Positions 1 through 8,330 of a DNA stretch of 64,000 nucleotides are shown piece by piece. Within the stretch, counting starts at the first letter, position 1; every line of letters begins with the position of its first letter. The DNA comes from a virus (lineage: Duplodnaviria > Caudoviricetes). Location: positions 64,001 through 128,000 of the IMG/VR virus record IMGVR_UViG_3300046710_000261. The stretch is one strand, 5' to 3'. Both the position numbers and the translations under genes were made by a program. Under the pieces are notes generated by a model, which was not told the origin of the DNA, did not search any database, and saw only the letters and a list, made by a program, of their open reading frames with translations.

Positions 1-75
1 TATTTGTATTCTTATTCCCTCTTTTTTATCATTGCCTTCATTTAGAAAATTGTCAATTTTTTCGGTTATATTCAT
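1..75 (-). CDS. Partial CDS (runs off the window), putative internal head protein
   Basis: ATG at 75 after GGAG RBS; reads MNITEKIDNFLNEGND..., carrying the shared xxF/Y-L-x-E N-terminal motif. Confidence 0.6.
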   Translation of the reverse strand, partial: MNITEKIDNFLNEGNDKKEGIRIQI

Positions 76-135
76 TACTTTCTCCATCCTACTATTATAC
101 CATAAAACTTGTCAATTGTAACCATCAAATTATTG

Positions 136-774
136 TTATTTTATATGTCTTTTTTGCTTCCCTTCCATATAAACCATTTGATTTGCTCTGAATATTGGAG
201 AGCCTTTACAGATCATTCCCCAATGCTCATACTTCTCCCCTGTATCGTCTTGATCGTGCCATCTGTCGTTTAATAATTGATAACTTAACCATGTTCTGCG
301 GGGATCAGATGGGTCTTCAAAATAAAATTTCTGGTCATCATATCCTATTGCCACAACATAATGTCCCTCATTCCATATATCATTATATGTAAATCCTATT
401 TGATGTCTTTTATCATAATCTGCCCATGCTTGTAAAGTTATTATGACAGGCCAACCATTATCAATAGAATTTTTAAGGTCATCTATTGTCAACCCACTTC
501 TTGTTTCTACATCTATACCATAATATGTTGCCCCCACAATTAAACTTGTAACGGGTGTCCCATGCTCGGGTGATGATCCTAATTGTTTCATTATCATCTC
601 TTCTCTCATATCCAAACCATAATATGCCAGAACAGATTGTAATGATAATGCTCCACAGTCATAATCATATGCTTGGCGCAATTCGGGGAAGTCCAAAACT
701 TTTGCTGTTTTGGGTATTACTCCAACTGCCCCTCCGCCAATTTGTTCATCTACTATATATTTTTTTAGGCGCAT
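136..774 (-). CDS. C39-like cysteine peptidase with capsid-targeting-like N-terminus
   Basis: Q-x4-DCGA catalytic Cys, GHYVVAIGYD His, DPS Asp; paralogue of 41185..41763. Confidence 0.8.
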   Translation of the reverse strand: MRLKKYIVDEQIGGGAVGVIPKTAKVLDFPELRQAYDYDCGALSLQSVLAYYGLDMREEMIMKQLGSSPEHGTPVTSLIVGATYYGIDVETRSGLTIDDLKNSIDNGWPVIITLQAWADYDKRHQIGFTYNDIWNEGHYVVAIGYDDQKFYFEDPSDPRRTWLSYQLLNDRWHDQDDTGEKYEHWGMICKGSPIFRANQMVYMEGKQKRHIK

Positions 775-777
775 TGT

Positions 778-1110
778 TTATACCGTTATTGCTCTATTGA
801 TTTTGTTGATAGCATCTTTAACACTATTTACTGTTGTCTTACGAAATTTTATTCTACCTGAAATATATTCTATAATACCAGCATATGAATAGTGGAGTTT
901 TACATAGTTAGAATTTTCTATTATTCCACTAATCCATTTTTCCTTTGGGTCAAGAGATATAGTTATCAATATTGATGTACGATGTTCCCCACCAAGAGTG
1001 CTTTTATATACCTTGACATAAGGTGCTTTTATTCCTGTTTTCAGTTTTTCTATTGCTGAATCCGCTTCTTCTGGCGTAAATGATTCGGTTATATATTTTT
1101 GTAGTCTCAT
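778..1110 (-). CDS. Hypothetical protein (MRLQKYITE N-terminus)
   Basis: Start reassigned to ATG 1110 behind GAGGA RBS. Confidence 0.7.
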   Translation of the reverse strand: MRLQKYITESFTPEEADSAIEKLKTGIKAPYVKVYKSTLGGEHRTSILITISLDPKEKWISGIIENSNYVKLHYSYAGIIEYISGRIKFRKTTVNSVKDAINKINRAITV

Positions 1111-1111
1111 T

Positions 1112-1288
1112 TTAATTCCTCTCTTCAATGAGATATTTGTCTACTAATTGGTCTATACTTTCCTTTTTCATCATTGGTTTCATTCCCTTCATTCCACACT
1201 TTGGACAACTGCTTCTATATGATGAAAATTCAGATTGTAATGTATGACCGCAATGACTACATTTAAATTCATTTTTATGTGTTTCCAT
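1112..1288 (-). CDS. Small zinc-ribbon protein, 58 aa (not in ORF track)
   Basis: METHKNEFKCSHCG...CPKCG...IDQLVDKYLIEERN; ATG overlaps the cca stop (TAATG). Confidence 0.7.
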   Translation of the reverse strand: METHKNEFKCSHCGHTLQSEFSSYRSSCPKCGMKGMKPMMKKESIDQLVDKYLIEERN

Positions 1289-2730
1289 TATCGTGATTCT
1301 CCATTTTTTACTAATTGATGAGAATAATAGTCTATAATCAGTTTGTCAATTTCCTTTTCATCGGTAATGCCGTGATCTAAAACATATTCGGTTACATACT
1401 TTATTATCTCACCGACCTGTTTCCCTGGTTTCATTCCAGTAAGTTTCATGACATTATCGCCACTTACTATCTTCACCGTATTATTTATGACTTTCTGCCC
1501 AAACTTTTCCTTCGTCTCTATTGCCTTGTTCACGATTTCTTCAAATTCGTGACTATCCATAAATTGCTCACCACGGGATGCCCAGTCTGCTTTAGCAACA
1601 GCAACCAGAACGTCCCAATTCTTATCTGTGGCAATCTTGAAAATTTTGCTTGGTTTCATATCCATTATTTTATGAAACTTCATATGATTAGCAACAGCAA
1701 AGAAAAGTTTTTCTTTTTCATCATTGCTGAACTTCAATCTATCACCAATCTGGTTGACTAAATCTATACCCTTCTCTTCATGCTCAAGGTATGTTGGTGT
1801 TCCATCTGGTTTTCGAGCAAATGTAATACCCTTGCCTACATCATGCAATAAAATTGCTATATTGATAAGAGGGTCTTTGAGTTTGTTTGCTTTCAATGCT
1901 GATAAAATATGTTGCCAAACATCACCTTCGGGGTGATGTTCTATTTTCTGTTCCATTCCTTTCAGTTTGGTAATTTCGGGAAGTATCAATTCCAATATTC
2001 CCATTTCATCAAGATAGATAAGATACTTTGCAAATTTATCTCCTGTCTGTCCCGCTGCTTTCCATATTTCGTCCTTTACTCTTTCCACAGAAAGTTTCAA
2101 TATGTTTGGTGCTAAATCTTTAACTGCTTTGCTTGTTTCGGGGTCTATTTCTAAATCAAATCTGGATGCAAATCGCGCTGCCCTCATCATACGAAGATGG
2201 TCTTCACCAAATCTGTCTCTTGGATTTCCAACAGTTCTCAAAACTTTATTTTTTATATCCTTCTGCCCGTCAAAGTAGTCAATGATATTTCCATCTTTAT
2301 CAACTGCCATTGCATTGATAGTGAAATCTCTTCTTTTTGCATCTGCTTCAAATGACACAGCGACCTTCACGCTCTCGGGTCGTCTGCCATCGAGATATTC
2401 TCCATCTTCTCTAAATTGAGCAACTTCAAAACTATGCCCCTCTTCTCTGACAACTACTATACCAAAATCTTTTGATTTACCTATGTCATATGTTTTGTAT
2501 AGTTTTTGAAGTTCTTCAATGGGCATGTTGGATGCTATATCAATATCATGTGGATCTATGCCCAAGATAATATCTCGCACACTTCCGCCCGTTATGTATG
2601 CTTCATAACCTTTAGCAGTAATTTTTTCTAAGACTTTGATGGCGGCACGGAGCATAGAATTAGATTTGACATATGCTTGCCATTTTTTGAGTTGTTCTGC
2701 TTCAAATAGATAAAATCGTCTGAAGTCCAT
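1288..2730 (-). CDS. cca: CCA-adding tRNA nucleotidyltransferase, class II, with HD domain
   Basis: GGSVRD, DIDI, RRDFTINAM, EDHLRMMRAARF motifs; HHPEG...LLHDVGK HD domain. Confidence 0.92.
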   Translation of the reverse strand: MDFRRFYLFEAEQLKKWQAYVKSNSMLRAAIKVLEKITAKGYEAYITGGSVRDIILGIDPHDIDIASNMPIEELQKLYKTYDIGKSKDFGIVVVREEGHSFEVAQFREDGEYLDGRRPESVKVAVSFEADAKRRDFTINAMAVDKDGNIIDYFDGQKDIKNKVLRTVGNPRDRFGEDHLRMMRAARFASRFDLEIDPETSKAVKDLAPNILKLSVERVKDEIWKAAGQTGDKFAKYLIYLDEMGILELILPEITKLKGMEQKIEHHPEGDVWQHILSALKANKLKDPLINIAILLHDVGKGITFARKPDGTPTYLEHEEKGIDLVNQIGDRLKFSNDEKEKLFFAVANHMKFHKIMDMKPSKIFKIATDKNWDVLVAVAKADWASRGEQFMDSHEFEEIVNKAIETKEKFGQKVINNTVKIVSGDNVMKLTGMKPGKQVGEIIKYVTEYVLDHGITDEKEIDKLIIDYYSHQLVKNGESR

Positions 2731-3359
2731 TAGTATATAAACTCCCCCACCTGATGAACCGTTATATTAAAGGTGCTAAAAAGAATGAGAACTTCTTTCA
2801 GGCATTCATTCTTTCCACCACCACAAATATAAGACCCCTGCCATTGCTTTAGAAAACCAATATTTATTTCTCCTGGAAGAAAAATGGGTTCACTATACCA
2901 GACACTACTTTCTTTACGCCATGGTGCAATATGTTTTGGTGTTCCTCCAGATTCGGCATCTAAATTGGGTATTGCTTTTCGCCAATCTTCTTCTTCTATA
3001 TCTCTGGAATCGGTAACTCTTTTTTCCAGCATAAAACGAATTGCTTTCTTCAATGTTCCTGGTTCTATACCTATATCCATCCAGCCCCGAAAGAAACCAT
3101 ATCCCTTATCTATATATTCAGCATCTTCTACTTTGGCTTCATTCATATCATAATCATATAACCAATTTTTTATTGAGTCTTTATTATCTTCTGAACCAAC
3201 GGTTTCCCCATTATAGAAAAACAGAAGATTTCGCTGAACATTCAAAAATTCAACAAAGGCATTCATTTTAAAGTGAATATATTTTTTATATTGAGGTTGA
3301 ACGTCAACGATGATAACATTATTTGTTCTCTTATCTGAAATGAATTGTTGAAGTCTCAT
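2730..3359 (-). CDS. Isochorismatase/cysteine-hydrolase-fold protein
   Basis: IIVDVQ and ICGG...EC motifs; MRLQQFISD N-terminus. Confidence 0.5.
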   Translation of the reverse strand: MRLQQFISDKRTNNVIIVDVQPQYKKYIHFKMNAFVEFLNVQRNLLFFYNGETVGSEDNKDSIKNWLYDYDMNEAKVEDAEYIDKGYGFFRGWMDIGIEPGTLKKAIRFMLEKRVTDSRDIEEEDWRKAIPNLDAESGGTPKHIAPWRKESSVWYSEPIFLPGEINIGFLKQWQGSYICGGGKNECLKEVLILFSTFNITVHQVGEFIY

Positions 3360-3360
3360 T

Positions 3361-3585
3361 CTACCACCTTGGCATTTTGCCTGATGCTTCTTTCTTCAAA
3401 TAATCAATGGCAAATTTCATTAATGCCTTATTTACACTTCTTGTTCCTGGTGGATGAAGGATTTTGTTCATTCTCGCAAATATTTCATCAAGTTCTTCAT
3501 CTATTGCTTTTTTTATAAACTCTTTCTTTTCTTCGTCCGATGCTTCAACTTCATCATATTCTGTTAGATATTTGTTTAGCTTCAT
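3361..3585 (-). CDS. Small hypothetical protein (MKLNKYLTE N-terminus)
   Basis: ORF with RBS, tightly packed in operon. Confidence 0.65.
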   Translation of the reverse strand: MKLNKYLTEYDEVEASDEEKKEFIKKAIDEELDEIFARMNKILHPPGTRSVNKALMKFAIDYLKKEASGKMPRW

Positions 3586-3642
3586 TTCACTTCCTTTTTC
3601 GAAAATGCATTCACAGCTTTTAGCACTTTTATTATTTTATTA

Positions 3643-3942
3643 TTATTTCGTTGGAGTTGTCGTTGTTGGTTGTGATAGTGTACCGCTTGCTACACCATTT
3701 AAGAATTTGTAGCCGAATTCTGCTCCTGCAACAGACAAACCACCAATGATCACGAAATGCACCCAATTAAACGGTGTTGTATTGTATCCTGTTTCAGCAA
3801 GGGCCAAAAGAACAGTTATAAGACCAGCCGCCGGCTGTACTGCCCAACTTGGCAACCATTTCTTTATATATTGAGTAACTAAAATCGTGAACGACCCGAT
3901 TTCCAATATAGCATTAATATCTATAAAACTTGGTAGTGGCAT
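3643..3942 (-). CDS. Holin-like membrane protein
   Basis: 99 aa, three hydrophobic segments, GAGGTG RBS, same late operon as the endolysin. Confidence 0.5.
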   Translation of the reverse strand: MPLPSFIDINAILEIGSFTILVTQYIKKWLPSWAVQPAAGLITVLLALAETGYNTTPFNWVHFVIIGGLSVAGAEFGYKFLNGVASGTLSQPTTTTPTK

Positions 3943-3954
3943 TTTATCACCTCA

Positions 3955-4206
3955 CTATACTTTCGATTTAATCTTTGATATAATATTCTCAATAAAAGTC
4001 TTTGCATCCCCTGCCAATTGAGAACTGATTTTCTCTAAATCTGGAATAGTATCTAAAATCAAATGATTTTTTATTGTTTCGATCTCTGCACCAACTGTTA
4101 ACCATTGGTTGTCAAAATATGTTTTGACTGATTTATTTTGAAAATAGTTGACAACAATTATTATAACACCAATTACACCTACTGCTCCCAAATATAAAAG
4201 TTCCAT
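3955..4206 (-). CDS. Single-TM membrane protein
   Basis: N-terminal hydrophobic helix; GGAGG RBS. Confidence 0.6.
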   Translation of the reverse strand: MELLYLGAVGVIGVIIIVVNYFQNKSVKTYFDNQWLTVGAEIETIKNHLILDTIPDLEKISSQLAGDAKTFIENIISKIKSKV

Positions 4207-4281
4207 TGTATTTCCCTCCTACAATTATTTTATGTGGTTTACTACATTGTTAATATAATCACTCTCTCCTAAAAGGTCAAA

Positions 4282-4608
4282 TTATTTTACTTTTCTCATA
4301 TAATTTCCATCTTTTGTTCTTACCCAAAATGGACGGTTATATCTTGTTTTCTGCATATATTGAGTTATTGCATCACTTGACTTAAATCTCAATCTCTGTC
4401 TGTCTGCTCGCAAATTGTTATAAAAATCATCTGTCTCTACATCAAATACAGGAAGATCTTGTTTCATACCATCTGCAAAAATATCATCTACATCTGTTGC
4501 AATCTTTCCGGGCTCAACACTTCCCTTATCATGTGTCGCCACCGTCGCGTCTTGCTCCGGTGATGTTCCTGTTCCATATCCTAATTCACCCATTTTATTT
4601 TCCTCCAA
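4282..4608 (-). CDS. Hypothetical protein
   Basis: ORF in operon; likely start MGELGYG after GGAGG. Confidence 0.6.
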   Translation of the reverse strand: MEENKMGELGYGTGTSPEQDATVATHDKGSVEPGKIATDVDDIFADGMKQDLPVFDVETDDFYNNLRADRQRLRFKSSDAITQYMQKTRYNRPFWVRTKDGNYMRKVK

Positions 4609-4999
4609 TTCTTACATATCTATCATGAAAATCTGCCAAATCTTTAGCAGTATGTTCTCGCCTTCCGATCTTCTTCTTATCTTTATCTTTTGGTTTCTTT
4701 CCGAAGATTTTTTTAACAGTATCTTTTATTCCTTCATTCGTGCTTCCTAATAAGAATTTTTCTATTTTTCTTTCTATTGTTTCACTCACTCCAAATATTG
4801 GGTTGTCTTCATATATTTCCTTTACCAATTTCATGATTATCTCATGAACTTCATCTGGTGTCTTAACCTTATATTCATCTACCATACTGGTTAATCGGGC
4901 AAGGGCCATCCAATATAAACGAGCACTCTCGTCCCCATTTGTGGCTAAATCGCCCACAATCTTGAATGTCATGTTTTTTATCTCTTCTGTTATAATCAT
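4595..4999 (-). CDS. Hypothetical protein
   Basis: ORF in operon; internal IEKFLLGSTNE motif. Confidence 0.6.
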   Translation of the reverse strand: MIITEEIKNMTFKIVGDLATNGDESARLYWMALARLTSMVDEYKVKTPDEVHEIIMKLVKEIYEDNPIFGVSETIERKIEKFLLGSTNEGIKDTVKKIFGKKPKDKDKKKIGRREHTAKDLADFHDRYVRIGGK

Positions 5000-5083
5000 A
5001 ACTACATTCTTTTTATGAGAAATACATCAACAAGATAACTAAAATTGTTCCTACTAAACCTAATCCCAACATATCATTATCTC

Positions 5084-5164
5084 CTATAAATAAAATTTAT
5101 AAATCAAACCAAGTGCTACAAAAAGAATTATCGTTCCGACTAATAGTAATAATGGTTTACTCAT
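5084..5164 (-). CDS. 26-aa membrane peptide (not in ORF track)
   Basis: MSKPLLLLVGTIILFVALGLIYKFYL; ATGA overlap with the upstream stop. Confidence 0.5.
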   Translation of the reverse strand: MSKPLLLLVGTIILFVALGLIYKFYL

Positions 5165-5526
5165 TTTTCCTGTTTCTCCATTGTAATAATATTTTTTATA
5201 TGTTTCAAAATTCTGCCGATGATGCCTATCTTTTCATCTTTAGGCGCATCGTCTTTTCTGATTTCAATCCAATGACCTATCTTTGATGGATTATGGGGCC
5301 TAAACACATTTCTCATCATTCTGTATCTTACTCTCATTTGTGGATTTGCTTTAACATAATACCATAGGAGAGCAGACCTAAATCCTCTTCTCTTCATTAT
5401 TTCAGCAATAGCATTGAACTTTTCTGCATATTCAGGCGGTTCAACTTCCTCTGGATGTTGTAATTTATCCAATAAAAAGAACAAACAAAAATCTGCAAAT
5501 TCTGATGCTGAAAGTGTAAGTTTCAT
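5161..5526 (-). CDS. Hypothetical protein
   Basis: ORF coupled to neighbours. Confidence 0.6.
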   Translation of the reverse strand: MKLTLSASEFADFCLFFLLDKLQHPEEVEPPEYAEKFNAIAEIMKRRGFRSALLWYYVKANPQMRVRYRMMRNVFRPHNPSKIGHWIEIRKDDAPKDEKIGIIGRILKHIKNIITMEKQEK

Positions 5527-6062
5527 TATGCCAATCCTTTTATATGTTCTGGTCGAACCACTTTAAAAAATTCTTCCATATCAAAAAATTCTGCTCTAAT
5601 TAAATCTTTATAAGTTACTGTAAGGCTTTCTGGTAATTCTATTTGTTGACTTAATGAATTTACAGTAATAACATCAACTGCCAGAATTATATTCTTACCT
5701 TTCTTTTTAAATATCAACATTCCTCTTTTTTCTGCTTTAGTTGCATCTCTTGTGCATTGCTTCCAAAACTCTTTTATTTCATCATTCTTTAAACTTTTAA
5801 AATGTTTCCAGAAATCTGCTTGCGGGTATCCAGTTTTTACTTCAATGCTGAATTTATCAGTCAAAAATTCTGCTTCTGGTGCTAACGAAATTATATCTCC
5901 CGAAGTATTTTCTCGTTCTTTTGATATTGTCTGTAATACACCAGAGCTTGGTGAACGCCAATATAAATAAGGCGATTCTTTGCCTGATACCCACTTTGTT
6001 AAAATCTTTGCAATCTTCCGTTCAAATTCACTACCTTTTGCTTTACCATTTGACATATACAC
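5526..6062 (-). CDS. Holliday junction resolvase-like PD-(D/E)xK nuclease
   Basis: KGSEFERKIA, SGDI, IEVK motifs. Confidence 0.75.
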   Translation of the reverse strand: MYMSNGKAKGSEFERKIAKILTKWVSGKESPYLYWRSPSSGVLQTISKERENTSGDIISLAPEAEFLTDKFSIEVKTGYPQADFWKHFKSLKNDEIKEFWKQCTRDATKAEKRGMLIFKKKGKNIILAVDVITVNSLSQQIELPESLTVTYKDLIRAEFFDMEEFFKVVRPEHIKGLA

Positions 6063-6065
6063 CTC

Positions 6066-6413
6066 TTAATCGTGTCTTTCAGAACTTTTTTCTCTTTTTA
6101 TGGATATTATCTTGAACCCGTGTTTGGTCAATTCATCTCTCACTTCTTTTTCTGTTTTCCTTCCTGTTCTTGTGTCTTTCAGCTTCTGCCCGTATTTATC
6201 TTCATATTCTACTTTCCAATCAGGCTCTTCTTTTTTCTGCTCTGGTTTTTCTCCCTGTTCTTTAGATGGTTTGTATGTTGACCTGGAAGCCGCTTTAATT
6301 GCACTATGACTATATGGGCTTCTTTTACTTCCAGAATATGTTGCTCCTCCTCTTCCACCACGGGGCTTCCAATCTGCTTCGTTCAAATATTTTTCTATAA
6401 TTTTATCTATCAT
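6066..6413 (-). CDS. Basic hypothetical protein (MIDKIIEKYLNE N-terminus)
   Basis: RG/K-rich; shared motif; GGAG RBS. Confidence 0.65.
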   Translation of the reverse strand: MIDKIIEKYLNEADWKPRGGRGGATYSGSKRSPYSHSAIKAASRSTYKPSKEQGEKPEQKKEEPDWKVEYEDKYGQKLKDTRTGRKTEKEVRDELTKHGFKIISIKREKSSERHD

Positions 6414-6422
6414 AATATTCTC

Positions 6423-7016
6423 CTAAAAATTTACATCTTGATATGAATTTTCATCGGCATATCCCAATTTTGTCCACATTTCATCTTCTGCTTTTGAAAG
6501 TCCTTTATATGAACCCATTTTTTTACCATCCATATAGAAATCGACTTCTTTGCCATATTGATGAAATGGTGAATCACTTACCAGTTCTATTAGATGCTTT
6601 CTCTTATTTCTATCATATAATTCCTTGAAATTTACATATGGGTCATTACTTGAATATTTTCTTTCCTTGAATGCTTCTCTTCCTGGCATCCAAGTATCTT
6701 TCGATCTTCTCTCGCATAGTAGAAATTTATTCATTCTTATTGTTATATCTTCCTTTTTGACTTTCTTGGGCTTATCTGTTGCGTGCATACATTGAGGGCA
6801 AAGTTCTCCGCGAGGCCACCTATTAGGGTTGGCCTTATCGCCCAATGGTGTATCGGGCAAATTGGGATCGGGCACAAATATATCTTTCATTAATCTCTTA
6901 CACTTCTTACATCTTTTAGGCCCAGGATCTTTATTTGACAAGTCTTGGAAACTGGAGATATCATCTACCGCGCCCATAAATTCTTCGTTTGTCAACATAT
7001 GCTTTTCTCTATACAA
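6423..7016 (-). CDS. Hypothetical protein with CxxC...CxxC zinc finger
   Basis: CKKC and CPQC; internal RMNKFLLCE motif. Confidence 0.6.
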   Translation of the reverse strand: MYREKHMLTNEEFMGAVDDISSFQDLSNKDPGPKRCKKCKRLMKDIFVPDPNLPDTPLGDKANPNRWPRGELCPQCMHATDKPKKVKKEDITIRMNKFLLCERRSKDTWMPGREAFKERKYSSNDPYVNFKELYDRNKRKHLIELVSDSPFHQYGKEVDFYMDGKKMGSYKGLSKAEDEMWTKLGYADENSYQDVNF

Positions 7017-7248
7017 GACTGTCTACATCCTTATCATACATTACTTGTTTAGTAGTCATCATTTTCTTTAAGTCTTCAAGATGTTTTCGAAAAGAGTCAA
7101 TCTCCACCTGAATTTTTTTCGGAACAACTACATTATTGAATTGTTCTTCCTCATGAAAGAAAGTGGATATATCCTTATCTGAATTGGGATATGTGAAATT
7201 GAACTCCGCACTACTCAATTCTTCTTTTAAAAACTTATTTAATCTCAT
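7009..7248 (-). CDS. Small hypothetical protein (MRLNKFLKEE N-terminus)
   Basis: GGAG RBS; shared motif. Confidence 0.65.
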   Translation of the reverse strand: MRLNKFLKEELSSAEFNFTYPNSDKDISTFFHEEEQFNNVVVPKKIQVEIDSFRKHLEDLKKMMTTKQVMYDKDVDSLV

Positions 7249-7262
7249 ATGTAAATCTCCTA

Positions 7263-8129
7263 TTATAATCCATATCTTGCTTTCGTTGCATTGTAAAGTT
7301 GTTCTCTGGTCATTCCTGAATAAGTTCCATAGGCGTTAAACCAAAGTGTTTCTCCAAGAATACCATCTAAAGATCCTGTCCCCGCAGGTGCTTGTGCTCC
7401 TATATAAAATAATTGTGAGTTTGGCTCAGAGGGAGTATATAAAGTACCCGCTGGAACGTCAAGGGCTACTCCATCAATAGAAATAACCGCTCCAACATTT
7501 CTGTCAATTTCGTACCCAAATAAACGCCAACCTGTTATTGAAGTTGGAGTATTACTTACAAAATAACGAAGTCCTGGTGGTGATGGTGCTGGAAATATGT
7601 TGTTTTCCGCAAATACAGCACCTGTAGAAAAATTAGGAGCCATAAACATAAACCCGCCTGATAATGATGGGGATGAGAATGGAAAAATATTAAACAAAAT
7701 CTGGGAACTCCCATTATTCGTAAGATTTGCCCAAAAGAAATAAGCAAAGTCACTGGCTCCAAATTGTAGAGAAGGAGCAAGGGGTACTGAAACATACTTC
7801 CCAGTTGTCCCATCAAATTCTAAACCTAAAAGTCCAAATGTAGCCACATTGACTGTTCCATTATTTCTATAACTAGAATGATCTATTGCTGTCCCATCCC
7901 AGTAAGCATGATAGAGAACACAATCCGAATCTACTGGAAGATATGGTGAAACAATAATTTGTTCCAATTGATTATGAACAATTTCTTTTGCCAATATTTG
8001 ATCATTTCCAGAAAGCCCACTAAGATTATTATGAATAATTTTATCAGCTAAATCTTTTTCATTTGCTGGAACATTCCAAATATTATTATGAATAATATCA
8101 TCTGCTAAATTTTTATTTGTATATGACAT
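7263..8129 (-). CDS. LamG/concanavalin-like domain virion protein with triple ADxIIHN N-terminal repeat
   Basis: DHSSYRNNGT, LEFDG, YIG...GILGE..WFN, QLYNATKARYG are LamG-type signatures. Confidence 0.7.
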   Translation of the reverse strand: MSYTNKNLADDIIHNNIWNVPANEKDLADKIIHNNLSGLSGNDQILAKEIVHNQLEQIIVSPYLPVDSDCVLYHAYWDGTAIDHSSYRNNGTVNVATFGLLGLEFDGTTGKYVSVPLAPSLQFGASDFAYFFWANLTNNGSSQILFNIFPFSSPSLSGGFMFMAPNFSTGAVFAENNIFPAPSPPGLRYFVSNTPTSITGWRLFGYEIDRNVGAVISIDGVALDVPAGTLYTPSEPNSQLFYIGAQAPAGTGSLDGILGETLWFNAYGTYSGMTREQLYNATKARYGL

Positions 8130-8330
8130 TTATTCTTTCTCCCTGCACGTTGTGCATTTTCTGTTTGGCTCGTCTGGATGAAATGATTGAAATGTTTTTC
8201 CACATCCAGGACATTTTACTTGCTTTGATTTTACTGCTCCCCGATTTTTTATTGCTATCATTGAACCTTTAGACATTCTTGGTTTCAATCCTTCTATTAA
8301 ATATTTATCTATTATTTTGTTTATATCCAT
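8130..8330 (-). CDS. Small zinc-ribbon protein (MDINKIIDKYLIE N-terminus)
   Basis: CPGC...CTTC; start reassigned to ATG 8330. Confidence 0.6.
   Translation of the reverse strand: MDINKIIDKYLIEGLKPRMSKGSMIAIKNRGAVKSKQVKCPGCGKTFQSFHPDEPNRKCTTCREKE

Noticed and set aside
5085-5092. TATAAATA on the plus strand as a late promoter
   Set aside because: Faces against the local genes in an AT-rich stretch; likely chance
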